Shown here one piece after another: positions 8,250 through 17,077 of a DNA stretch of 51,578 bases. The notes under the pieces were generated by a model. The model searched no databases and was not told the DNA's origin. It saw only the letters and a program-made list of their open reading frames with translations. Position 1 is the stretch's first letter, and each line of letters opens with the position of its first letter. Origin of the DNA: an uncultured Flavobacteriales bacterium (lineage in GTDB: Bacteria > Bacteroidota > Bacteroidia > Flavobacteriales > UBA7312); the NCBI GenBank assembly GCA_963991165.1, contig CAXDOW010000002.1, positions 1-51,578 of the forward strand, given 5' to 3'. A program made the position numbers and the translations under genes.

Positions 8250-8647
8250 TACAGTCCTTCCTTCTTTCTTTGTTCTTCAATAAAAGGTATTCCACATGCT
8301 AATTTTTTAGCAATCTTGGAAGATTTATGTATCACTCTCCAAAAGGGAGTGATATTTTTTTGTCCATTTGCCCAGTTTTCGTAAGCAGCTTCTGAAACAA
8401 TTCTTAAAAAAACACCTGTGGTCAGTGGACAGGTTGTATCCGCACCGTGAGCAATTGCTAAGTCCTTTCTCAACGTTTTGACATCAACATCTGTTCCTTT
8501 GGGAATATTGTTAATGTACTCATCAATAATTTTTGGTGTTGCAATTAGCATATTCTGTCCCTTTTTCATGTCAGAAATATCAATATCCAAAGACTTGACT
8601 GAGTACGCTTTTTCTTGCTGTAATTTGTCGTTCCAACTTTTTTTCAT
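8246..8647 (-). CDS. MGMT/alkyltransferase-like (Atl-like) DNA-binding-domain protein without an acceptor cysteine
   Basis: The layout IPKGTDVDVKTLRKDLA...TTCPLTTGVFLRIV...ITPFWRVIH...EEQRKKEGL parallels the O6-alkylguanine transferase DNA-binding domain, with PFWRV in place of the PCHRV active site. Confidence 0.4.
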   Translation of the reverse strand: MKKSWNDKLQQEKAYSVKSLDIDISDMKKGQNMLIATPKIIDEYINNIPKGTDVDVKTLRKDLAIAHGADTTCPLTTGVFLRIVSEAAYENWANGQKNITPFWRVIHKSSKIAKKLACGIPFIEEQRKKEGLY

Positions 8648-8770
8648 TCTTGCTAAGATTGTGAATATAAAAAACTTCTATCTGTCAATAATAATTATAA
8701 CAAACTCAAACTGATTTATTGACATATAACACAAATTAAGTATAATTTTACATTCCATTTAAATTATAGT

Positions 8771-9904
8771 TTGTCTCCAATCAAGTTACATATCACCTCT
8801 AAATCCTTAAACGAAGAAGAATGGAACGCTTTGGTAAACGATGACCTACCGTTTCTTCTATTATCATTTAATCGAGCTTTTGAAGTAAGTCATAAATCCA
8901 ATATGACGCATTTATTTTATATATCAAACAATCCAGAACAACAATTAGTAGGATATGCACAGGCACTTTATCTTAATTGGCAAAATATTCATTCGTACCA
9001 ACAAAGAAACAAACTAAGTAGAGGAATTATTAGTGTTCTAATGAAGTTGACTCGTATTAAAATTGTAGCGATGGGAAATGGCTTTTTAACAAACATTCAA
9101 AATGTGTCTATCAAAACACTAAATGACAATATAGCTTTCCTTACCTCTTTAATTCAAACAATAGGTAATCAACTAAACGTCAATAATTTTATTTTTCCAG
9201 ATCACTATTTTAACGCCCTAAACATCTCAAAGCCTGAAGATAGCAATCCCAACTTTATAAGAGTAGAGGTTGAGGAAGATATGGTTTTGTCCATCAAACA
9301 ACAATGGAAATGTTTTGATGACTATTCTCAATCACTGAAAAAAAAGTACAAAACACGTCAAAGGGGAGTAATGAAAAAAAGTCGTGATGTCCTCATCAAA
9401 AAATTAACCCTTAACGACATAAAGCTACACCAAAATCGTATTCAACAATTATTCTTGAACGTACAAAGAAAGGCTTCTTTTGGGGCTGTTAGCTTTAACA
9501 CCAATACCTTTCAACTGTTAACATCACTTTCCATTCCATATTGCAATGTTTACGGGTATTTTTTAAATGATACTTTGATTGGTTTTTCTTCAGAAATTTA
9601 CGACCAATCCAAATTATATTCTTATTTCATTGGTCTAGATTATCAGTACAATGTTAGCCATCGACTCTACGAACGCATTCTTTTAGAAAACATCAACCAC
9701 GGCATAGACTTAGGTAAAAAAGAAATAGTCTTCGGACGAACGGCCGCTGAATTTAAAAGTAATGTAGGTGCCGTTCCTCTAAAGTCATTTATATACATTT
9801 ATGTCAAAAACCCACTTTTAAGATTTATCTTAAATCCAATTCTTAGCAGAATAAAACCTAAAAAATGGGTGCAAAGGTCCCCATTTAAACAAGAGCAAAC
9901 TTAA
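8771..9904 (+). CDS. GNAT/FemAB-like acyltransferase-fold protein (weak call); apparent TTG start
   Basis: The 377-aa ORF has a length and C-terminal half (FGRTAAEFKSNVGA) reminiscent of FemAB/BioF2-like acetyltransferases. There is no in-frame ATG between the upstream stop (8720) and 8771. Confidence 0.35.
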   Translation: MSPIKLHITSKSLNEEEWNALVNDDLPFLLLSFNRAFEVSHKSNMTHLFYISNNPEQQLVGYAQALYLNWQNIHSYQQRNKLSRGIISVLMKLTRIKIVAMGNGFLTNIQNVSIKTLNDNIAFLTSLIQTIGNQLNVNNFIFPDHYFNALNISKPEDSNPNFIRVEVEEDMVLSIKQQWKCFDDYSQSLKKKYKTRQRGVMKKSRDVLIKKLTLNDIKLHQNRIQQLFLNVQRKASFGAVSFNTNTFQLLTSLSIPYCNVYGYFLNDTLIGFSSEIYDQSKLYSYFIGLDYQYNVSHRLYERILLENINHGIDLGKKEIVFGRTAAEFKSNVGAVPLKSFIYIYVKNPLLRFILNPILSRIKPKKWVQRSPFKQEQT

Positions 9905-10911
9905 TTAAGCTTAAGTACTCCGTCAATTGCTGGCTCTTTCATCATTATTCGATAAGACACGCCTAATGTAAACTGATGTTGAGTGGCAAACTGAAAGCCA
10001 TTCAAGTCTTCGTATAAGGGAATATCTGCTGACACAAAATAACTTAAGTCATTATGTGAATAACTAATTTGTGGAACAAAAAGTAATTTTTCACTTCCCG
10101 TGTTATGGTCTTCAATATTGTAATTTATTAAATCGACTTTTTCAGCGGATTGTGTCTGACCAACAGTTTCGTACTTTAACTGACCCGTGACTCCAAAACC
10201 CTTGTATATCGTTTTTCCTATATAAAGACTCATACTAGAGTAATCGCCAAATTTTTGTCCCAATGAGTTATATGACTTTTTAATGTAAAGACTATTAGCA
10301 AAAATTCGCAATTTTCTTTTAGGATAAATTCTGTAAAAAAAGAAACAAAGCATGGCATCTAGAGAGCCATTAGTTAACTGAACAGCTGTTGGATTATATG
10401 CGTAAATATCACCTAATATTGGATTTGAAAACTTCAAACTGGAGTCTCTGTAACTCCCCAATGGAAATTTCAACCCTAGTCCTAATGTAATCTCGGTCCT
10501 ATGATTTTCTCTTTTCAAATTAGCCACATTGTAACGAGGAAAAATAATCAAATCTGAAATACCTGATGCGGAATAGGATTCGCTCTTATTATCTAATGAT
10601 TTACTTAAAAAATAACCCAAAGCCACTGACATACTTAGCTTATCGTTCAAGCCATAATCTGTTTTCAAAAACAGATAATCCGTTCTTAATGTATCGGCTA
10701 AATTAGAAACTGTATCTCTGTTATTATTTGTTTTGAAAGAATAACTAGAAACATATTGATATGATGTAGCAATTTCCAACTGATTTTCAAGTAAAACCCC
10801 TGATGCGGCTCCACCGGCAATAGGACTTGATGACCCACCAGAACAACATCCTTGTGAGTATAACAGTTTTACGGCAAAAAGCAATAGTGTTAAAAGAACA
10901 CATTTTTTCAT
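9901..10911 (-). CDS. Outer-membrane beta-barrel protein (MetA/transporter-like) with an N-terminal CC motif
   Basis: A signal peptide is followed by a mature N-terminus QGCCSGGSSSPIAGGAASG. Alternating amphipathic beta-strand patterning runs throughout, ending in an aromatic-rich TLGVSYRI strand. Confidence 0.55.
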   Translation of the reverse strand: MKKCVLLTLLLFAVKLLYSQGCCSGGSSSPIAGGAASGVLLENQLEIATSYQYVSSYSFKTNNNRDTVSNLADTLRTDYLFLKTDYGLNDKLSMSVALGYFLSKSLDNKSESYSASGISDLIIFPRYNVANLKRENHRTEITLGLGLKFPLGSYRDSSLKFSNPILGDIYAYNPTAVQLTNGSLDAMLCFFFYRIYPKRKLRIFANSLYIKKSYNSLGQKFGDYSSMSLYIGKTIYKGFGVTGQLKYETVGQTQSAEKVDLINYNIEDHNTGSEKLLFVPQISYSHNDLSYFVSADIPLYEDLNGFQFATQHQFTLGVSYRIMMKEPAIDGVLKLN

Positions 10912-10930
10912 AGCTATATTATTTTGACTT

Positions 10931-11689
10931 TTAGTTCAGTTTACTAAAAATGATTTTATTAGGTTCGTTTAAAATATTGATGAAGTAATTTCCTTTTGAC
11001 AAATGAGAAATATCAATTTGAGATCCTGAGGCAATGTTTTCTTGAATCATCACCACCTCACCCAACATATTAACAATAGTAAGCGATAATTGTTTTTGTC
11101 TATTGGAAGTAATGGTAATTTGATTATTTATAGAAGGGTTAGGGAAAACTTGACTGCTTTCTTTACCTGTAATGGTCTCAATGCTTGATGTTTTACATTC
11201 GGACACTGCCAAAGAGATAGCTTCTTCTAAGCCATCTGTAGAATTATTCTGGTCAAAATTTCTATTGAAATAAACCTTCCTAGAATTGCAACCAACTACA
11301 ACAGTCTTAGGCATGCCATCTCCTCCATAATCACTCATGCTAATTTGTGGACTTGAAAAGGTAGTCACCCCTCCCATTTGGAAATTAGTAGCCCAGGTCT
11401 GTAGTTGTGAACATGATGTGTTGGCATAATCATCAACTAACAAGAATTTTACTATTTCTTGATCATAAGATTCCGCCGCTAAAAAACTTGATAAGGTCGG
11501 ACTAATACACGGTGCACAAGGCATAACCCATGAAATAACAACCACCTTTCCAGCATCTAAATCATCAAAAAGATTATACATCTCGCCATTACAGTCTTCA
11601 ACTGCAAAGTTAGTTGCCACACTTTGAGCGATAGCCAACTGCATCCCAAACAACAATGTAGTAAAGATACTTAATACTAAACTCTTCAT
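10931..11689 (-). CDS. TlpA/ResA-like thiol-disulfide oxidoreductase fused to a T9SS type-A C-terminal sorting domain
   Basis: It has a signal peptide, the thioredoxin motif VVISWVMPCAPC, and the C-terminal tail VFPNPSINNQITI...GNYFINILNEPNKIIFSKLN. Confidence 0.7.
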   Translation of the reverse strand: MKSLVLSIFTTLLFGMQLAIAQSVATNFAVEDCNGEMYNLFDDLDAGKVVVISWVMPCAPCISPTLSSFLAAESYDQEIVKFLLVDDYANTSCSQLQTWATNFQMGGVTTFSSPQISMSDYGGDGMPKTVVVGCNSRKVYFNRNFDQNNSTDGLEEAISLAVSECKTSSIETITGKESSQVFPNPSINNQITITSNRQKQLSLTIVNMLGEVVMIQENIASGSQIDISHLSKGNYFINILNEPNKIIFSKLN

Positions 11690-11704
11690 TTTAAGTAAAC
11701 TATG

Positions 11705-12052
11705 TTAGTTTCTGTCATACTTACAACAAGAGTGTAAGTTTTCATATACTTCATCGTCGGCCTTATGATTTTCTGTATCGTAGCCCACTGAAGCAATCTT
11801 TTTTTGAATATCATCAAGTGTTATTTGATTCGAGTAAAACTTGACAACCATTTCTTTAGTTTCGGAACTCCATTTGGCTGATATAACCCCATCCATCGAC
11901 ATGGCGGCTTTAGTGATCTTCTCGTTACACATCCCACAATTTCCCCATACTTTAAATTTTTCCTTGACCTTATCTCCCTTAGCAAAGCCTGTAAAGGGAG
12001 CCATTAGGCAGAGAGCGAAAGAGAACATGATAACTGATTTGTATGCTTTCAT
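11705..12052 (-). CDS. Heavy-metal-associated (HMA) domain protein, secreted
   Basis: A signal peptide and the motif VWGNCGMCNEKITKA (a CxxC metal site) are followed by a second C-terminal Cys pair, HSCCKYDRN. Confidence 0.8.
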   Translation of the reverse strand: MKAYKSVIMFSFALCLMAPFTGFAKGDKVKEKFKVWGNCGMCNEKITKAAMSMDGVISAKWSSETKEMVVKFYSNQITLDDIQKKIASVGYDTENHKADDEVYENLHSCCKYDRN

Positions 12053-12074
12053 ATGATTATAGTATTTAGTTTGC

Positions 12075-12082
12075 CAAATGTA
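12075..12082 (-). promoter_or_regulatory. Candidate internal -7 box (TACATTTG on the minus strand) ahead of the HMA gene
   Basis: The plus strand reads CAAATGTA, which is the reverse complement of TAnnTTTG. It lies 23 nt upstream of the ATG at 12052. Confidence 0.35.
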
Positions 12083-12125
12083 TTTGTTTTTTCAAGTAGA
12101 ACCAATTACTTGTTTAAATATCTTA

Positions 12126-13109
12126 TTAGTCCAAAGATATAAACAAGGAATCTGTAAGGGCATATAAGAAAGCTATTAAATCTATTTTTTCGTTTTTTGT
12201 TAAATTAAACGGTTGAATAATCTCGCTCTTATTAGGGTGCGATTTTCCACCTCTTGAATAGTGGTCAATGACCTCTTCCAAGGTTTGTAAACTGCCATCG
12301 TGCATATAGGGATAGGTCAACCCTATATTTCTGAGTGTTGGAACTTTAAATATAGCCCTATCTTTTTCGTGTCCAAACAAACGCATTCGGCCGGAATCAG
12401 GATAATTGGTATACAAACCATTATTGGTCAATGAGCCATTGGTAAAATTAAATCCCCCATGACACTTTGAACAATAAAGCTCATCAAAAAAAAGTGATTT
12501 ACCTCGTTTTTGCGATGGGTTTAGTGCCGTAGTATCTTGATGATAATAAAATTTATCGTAAAGTGAATTTCCACTTATTAGTGTTCTTTCGTAAGTAGCA
12601 ATGGCCTTAGTAATGACGCTGGGGTCTGGCTCACATCCATAAGCTAGATTAGATAAACGGACATAATAGGGGTTCTTTTTCATTCTTTCAGCAACTAGTA
12701 TAATGCTAAAATCAAATTCTTGTTTCTCATGAATAGGAACATTGACTTGTGCTTCCAAACTGGGATTTAGCCCATCGAGTAAGAACTTATCTTGATAAGC
12801 CACATTTGTGAGTGTTGGAGTGTTTCTAGAAACGGATTGGTTTCTTATACCTATTCCTTTGGGTCTTCGATCGGTAAAGGCAAACTGCGGTTTATGACAA
12901 CTTGCACAAGATACACTTGAGTCTCTAGATAGAATAGTGTCAAAAAAAAGTGCTTTTCCTAACTGGATACGACTCTCTGTAATGGCATTATCGGAGGGCA
13001 CATATGGATCTGGAAACCCTTTTGGGATGTGAAGCAATGCGTTATTACCCTCTTTCAAGCTAGCAAAGACCGTCACACAGAGTAAGCAAAAAAGTATGGG
13101 TTTTATCAT
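12126..13109 (-). CDS. Di-haem cytochrome c peroxidase of the MauG/MbnH type
   Basis: Two haem-c motifs are present (CASCHKP and CSKCHGG), together with the conserved FKVPTLRNI and PYMHDG segments. An ATGA overlap links it to the upstream MbnP-like gene. Confidence 0.9.
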   Translation of the reverse strand: MIKPILFCLLCVTVFASLKEGNNALLHIPKGFPDPYVPSDNAITESRIQLGKALFFDTILSRDSSVSCASCHKPQFAFTDRRPKGIGIRNQSVSRNTPTLTNVAYQDKFLLDGLNPSLEAQVNVPIHEKQEFDFSIILVAERMKKNPYYVRLSNLAYGCEPDPSVITKAIATYERTLISGNSLYDKFYYHQDTTALNPSQKRGKSLFFDELYCSKCHGGFNFTNGSLTNNGLYTNYPDSGRMRLFGHEKDRAIFKVPTLRNIGLTYPYMHDGSLQTLEEVIDHYSRGGKSHPNKSEIIQPFNLTKNEKIDLIAFLYALTDSLFISLD

Positions 13110-14098
13110 CTAGTAACTGTAAACTGATGCCGTTGTTGAATATTTCCAGAGTTGAAAATAGCAATATAAACTCCCGAGGGCAACTCTGACTTCACAAAGT
13201 AATTGCCTTCAAATCCTATGTTTTTTTCATTGACCACAGGTTTTCCTTGCATATCGTAGATGCTAAGAGCGTAGTCGTCTTTTGGTAAGTTATAAAACAA
13301 GACAGGAGCGTAAGGCAAGGTATAGTCCGTGTAGATATTAGTGACGAGACGAGACGTTGAAATACTGCTTGTCGTATCAGCAACGTTGGTGGTGAAAACT
13401 TGTTCCTCATTGGTGTTGTCAACCGCTTTTACATTGGAGGTGTATGCCCCATGCTGAAATCCTACCGACGCCAAGTCCATGTTATTAAACCACCGATCAA
13501 CATTGACATACAAAGGAATCGTAATTTGACCATTTTCTACTTCTAGTGGAGAACTAAATTCTAAAGGATCAATAGATCTTAATAAAACATCTCCAAAACA
13601 CTCTACTTGAAACGGTTTGTTAGGGTTTCCATCGTCATTATTGTCAACTTTTCCGTGCAGAGTAAGGAAAAAGTAGCCAGAGGGCCAACCCCAATCCATT
13701 GGTGGAACTTTTGGCCCCAAAGGGTGCGACGGTGGATAATTACTCGTATTACCATGATTAGCAACATAATCTACCCCCAAATCAAACTCTATTTTTTCAA
13801 TGCTACTAATGGCGTAAGTGCTATCAATACTATAGTTAGTAACGTTGCCCTCTCCTAAGATGTAAATGCCGTTCAATGGCGTCTGTTGACCACCATCATG
13901 GGTTACTTTTAGAGAAGACAGATAATACCTAGCGCGCTCTACCCTTACAGCACGGTCTTGATTATCTGTAAAGTTTTGATTGAGCATAAAAGGTTCACCT
14001 TTAAATAGGTGGTTTAACTCCAATTTCAATGTGTTTTGTGCAGATAATGAAAGCTGGATTAATACGACTAGCGTTAAAAAGGAAAATACGTTTTTCAT
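13106..14098 (-). CDS. MbnP-like putative copper-binding protein fused to a T9SS type-A C-terminal sorting domain
   Basis: It has a signal peptide, a core LELNHLFKGEPFMLNQ...RARYYLSSLKVTHDGG...PPMDWGWPSGYFFLTLHGK resembling the MbnP family as I remember it, and a position immediately 5' of the MbnH-like peroxidase. The C-terminal ~80 aa (YALSIYDMQGKPV...GVYIAIFNSG...FTVTR) look like a Por secretion tail. Confidence 0.55.
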   Translation of the reverse strand: MKNVFSFLTLVVLIQLSLSAQNTLKLELNHLFKGEPFMLNQNFTDNQDRAVRVERARYYLSSLKVTHDGGQQTPLNGIYILGEGNVTNYSIDSTYAISSIEKIEFDLGVDYVANHGNTSNYPPSHPLGPKVPPMDWGWPSGYFFLTLHGKVDNNDDGNPNKPFQVECFGDVLLRSIDPLEFSSPLEVENGQITIPLYVNVDRWFNNMDLASVGFQHGAYTSNVKAVDNTNEEQVFTTNVADTTSSISTSRLVTNIYTDYTLPYAPVLFYNLPKDDYALSIYDMQGKPVVNEKNIGFEGNYFVKSELPSGVYIAIFNSGNIQQRHQFTVTR

Positions 14099-14220
14099 AG
14101 TTTTTTTAGCAATTTACACTATTTTTTTTTCAGCCTGAATTTTGATTTTCTTGTTTTTTTAGAAAATCTTACGTTTTCAAAGTTTTAATTATGCCTTAAA
14201 ATCAACTCATTAAAAAATGG

Positions 14221-14228
14221 TAGATTTG
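14221..14228 (+). promoter_or_regulatory. Candidate -7 box (TAGATTTG) for the neu operon
   Basis: It matches TAnnTTTG and ends only 5 nt before the ATG at 14234, implying a leaderless or near-leaderless mRNA. Confidence 0.4.
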
Positions 14229-14233
14229 TATTA

Positions 14234-14911
14234 ATGAGTCAATCAAATAAGGATATTTTGGTTATAATTCCTGCTCGTTTGGGGTCAAAACGTTTACCTG
14301 GTAAAAATTATAAAGCCCTCAACGGAAAACCCTTAATCGCTTATAGTATTGAGTTTGCTTTAAATCATATTTCAAACGCCGATGTAGTTATCTCAACGAA
14401 TGATCCGAACATAGTCGCTATTGCTGATTCGTACCCTGTTTCAGTTGATCATAGGCTCTCAGCACTCTCTACCGATGATACTCCCACATCGGCCGTCTTA
14501 CAACACCTTGTTCAAACATCAGCTCAACGCTACAAATACGTTGTTTTGCTTCAACCCACTAACCCTCTCAGGCCCCAGAATTTGTTCAAACAATGTTATG
14601 AGCAGTTGATTAGTAAGGGGGGCGAATCCCTAATTTGTCTTAGTCCGAACGATCGCAAACTAGGAACCATTGACAATGGTATTTTCAAACCTTCCAGCTA
14701 TCATTTTGGGCAACGAAGTCAAGACTTAAGTCCTTTATTTTACGAAAATGGACTGATGTATATTAGCTCTTTCGAGTTGGTAAAAAAGGGAATTCTTTTT
14801 TGTGAGCAACCGTTAGCTATGGTATTGGATCATCCATTTGCAAGCGTAGACATCGATACAGAGCTTGACTTTAAATGGGCTGAATTTGTTTTAAACAACT
14901 ATGATGATTGA
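14234..14911 (+). CDS. neuA: Acylneuraminate cytidylyltransferase (CMP-sialic acid synthetase), short form
   Basis: The N-terminal ILVIIPARLGSKRLPGKNYKALNGKPLIAYSI motif is present. At 225 aa there is no C-terminal esterase domain. Confidence 0.85.
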   Translation: MSQSNKDILVIIPARLGSKRLPGKNYKALNGKPLIAYSIEFALNHISNADVVISTNDPNIVAIADSYPVSVDHRLSALSTDDTPTSAVLQHLVQTSAQRYKYVVLLQPTNPLRPQNLFKQCYEQLISKGGESLICLSPNDRKLGTIDNGIFKPSSYHFGQRSQDLSPLFYENGLMYISSFELVKKGILFCEQPLAMVLDHPFASVDIDTELDFKWAEFVLNNYDD

Positions 14912-15935
14912 AATAGCTGGACGACATATTGGCCCCGATTGCCCTCCTTTGGTAATAGCAGAAATAGGAATAAACCACGAAGGAGACTTAACCGTAGCCA
15001 AACAAATGGTAGATGCGGCTCAAAGAGCAGGTGTTGAAATGGTTAAACACCAAACTCATATTGTTGAAGACGAAATGAGTCGCGTAGCAAAGACCGTCAT
15101 CCCTGGAAATGCTACTGTATCTATTTACGAGATAATGGAACGTTGTGCTCTTAACGAAAGAGATGAACTCGAACTCAAGAACTATGTTGAATCAAAAGGT
15201 ATGATTTTTATCAGTACGCCTTTTTCTAGGGCTGCTGCTAATCGACTAGAGTCGTGGGATGTTCCAGCTTACAAAATTGGTTCAGGAGAATGTAATAACT
15301 ACCCGTTGCTAGAGCACATTTCTTCCTTCGGAAAACCCATTATTTTAAGTACTGGTATGAATACCATTGAAAGCATCACAAAAGCCGTTCGTATTTTTGA
15401 AAAACATAACGTACAATATGCCTTATTACATACCACCAATCTTTATCCCACGCCCAATCATCTTGTTCGTTTAGGGGCTTTGAAGGATATTCAGAATGCA
15501 TTCCCAAATACCGTGTTTGGTCTCTCAGACCATACTGTTAGCAATCATGCCTGCCTGGCAGCAGTAGCATTGGGAGCATCAATACTTGAGCGTCATTTTA
15601 CAGATCATATGAATCGTACTGGACCAGACATAGTGTGCTCCATGGACGAAACCAATTGCCAGGAACTTATTGAAGGAAGCCATATTATTTGGCAACAAAG
15701 AGGAGGTAAAAAAGAACCAGCCAAAGAAGAAAAAGTAACTATTGATTTTGCCTTTGCAACCGTTTGTTCTATACAACCCATTAAAAAGGGACAAACGCTA
15801 ACAATGAACAATGTTTGGGTAAAACGGCCTGGAACTGGACCCATTTTAGCGGAACACTTCAGTGCTATCTTGGGTAAAGTCGCTACTAGAGATATTGATA
15901 CGGACGAACATTTAAATTGGTCTGATTTTAAATGA
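14901..15935 (+). CDS. neuB: N-acetylneuraminate synthase
   Basis: PLVIAEIGINHEGDL and KIGSGECNNYPLL are present, with a C-terminal SAF-like domain. It overlaps neuA by 11 nt. Confidence 0.9.
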   Translation: MMIEIAGRHIGPDCPPLVIAEIGINHEGDLTVAKQMVDAAQRAGVEMVKHQTHIVEDEMSRVAKTVIPGNATVSIYEIMERCALNERDELELKNYVESKGMIFISTPFSRAAANRLESWDVPAYKIGSGECNNYPLLEHISSFGKPIILSTGMNTIESITKAVRIFEKHNVQYALLHTTNLYPTPNHLVRLGALKDIQNAFPNTVFGLSDHTVSNHACLAAVALGASILERHFTDHMNRTGPDIVCSMDETNCQELIEGSHIIWQQRGGKKEPAKEEKVTIDFAFATVCSIQPIKKGQTLTMNNVWVKRPGTGPILAEHFSAILGKVATRDIDTDEHLNWSDFK

Positions 15936-15936
15936 T

Positions 15937-17064
15937 ATGAAAAAAATAGTTTTTCTAACAGGAACACGAGCTGACTTTGGGAAATTGAAGTCCTTAATAA
16001 AAATTACGAGTCAATCGACCGATTTTGAGGTTCATATTTTTGTTACGGGAATGCACCTTCAGCAAGAGTTTGGATATACTGTCAATGAAATTGTAAAATC
16101 AGGATTTTCAAATATTCATAAATTTTCAAATCATACCAGCGAATCCAGTATGGATTTAACCCTTGCCAAGACCATTGAAGGTCTATCCGCCTTTATTCAC
16201 CAACATCAAATTGACCTAATTTTAGTACACGGAGACAGAGTAGAAACACTTGCTGGAGCAATAGTAGGTGCATTGAACAACATCTTAGTTGGTCATATTG
16301 AGGGAGGAGAAGTTTCTGGAACTATTGATGAACTAATAAGGCATTCGGTGAGTAAACTGAGCCACATTCATTTTGTTGCCAATGAGGATGCCAAAACTCG
16401 ATTACTACAAATGGGAGAACTGGACAATCAAATTTTTGTAATTGGTTCGCCAGATGTGGACATTATGTTTTCAAAGAATTTACCGACCTTAGAGTCTGCC
16501 TTAAGTTATTACGGAATTCCTTTCCAACAGTTTAGCATTTTCATGTTTCATCCCGTTACTACGGAAGAAAATATGACTTTATATGCTCATAATTTGGTTG
16601 ATGCTGTTATGCAAGATGATGGTCACTATATTGTCATTAAACCAAATAATGATATGGGCTCTTCGGCCATCAACGAGGCCTTAAAAAAATTAGAAAATAA
16701 TTCACGGTTTGTTATTTTTCCATCCTTGAGATTCGAATTCTTTTTAGCTTTACTTAAGCATTGTCAATTTATCATTGGCAATAGCAGTGCTGGGGTTAGA
16801 GAAGCACCTCTTTATGGAGTTCCAAGTATAGATATTGGCGATCGTCAATTGAATAGAGTAAAAGCTGACAGTATCCTTCATTCATCCTATCAGAAAGACA
16901 ATATCGTTTCAAGCATAGCACAAGCCAAGCTGATGAAAGCTAAGAAAATACAATTATATGGTGATGGAAATAGTGATCATCTATTTTTAACCCTTCTTCA
17001 AAGTGGTCATTTGTGGGACATTCCTTGCCAAAAACAATTTAAAGATCGACCACTTAAAAATTAA
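15937..17064 (+). CDS. neuC: UDP-N-acetylglucosamine 2-epimerase (hydrolysing)
   Basis: KKIVFLTGTRADFGKLKSLI, VHGDRVETLAGA and HIEGGEVSGTIDE are present. The gene starts 1 nt after the neuB stop. Confidence 0.9.
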   Translation: MKKIVFLTGTRADFGKLKSLIKITSQSTDFEVHIFVTGMHLQQEFGYTVNEIVKSGFSNIHKFSNHTSESSMDLTLAKTIEGLSAFIHQHQIDLILVHGDRVETLAGAIVGALNNILVGHIEGGEVSGTIDELIRHSVSKLSHIHFVANEDAKTRLLQMGELDNQIFVIGSPDVDIMFSKNLPTLESALSYYGIPFQQFSIFMFHPVTTEENMTLYAHNLVDAVMQDDGHYIVIKPNNDMGSSAINEALKKLENNSRFVIFPSLRFEFFLALLKHCQFIIGNSSAGVREAPLYGVPSIDIGDRQLNRVKADSILHSSYQKDNIVSSIAQAKLMKAKKIQLYGDGNSDHLFLTLLQSGHLWDIPCQKQFKDRPLKN

Positions 17065-17077
17065 AAAAATTTGAAAA

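Noticed and set aside
12086-12115. A small hairpin (CAAGTA-n8-TACTTG) lies between the peroxidase and HMA genes and could be an internal terminator.
   Set aside because: The stem is only 6 bp, and on the transcribed (minus) strand it is followed by an A-run rather than a U-run. It is too weak to call.
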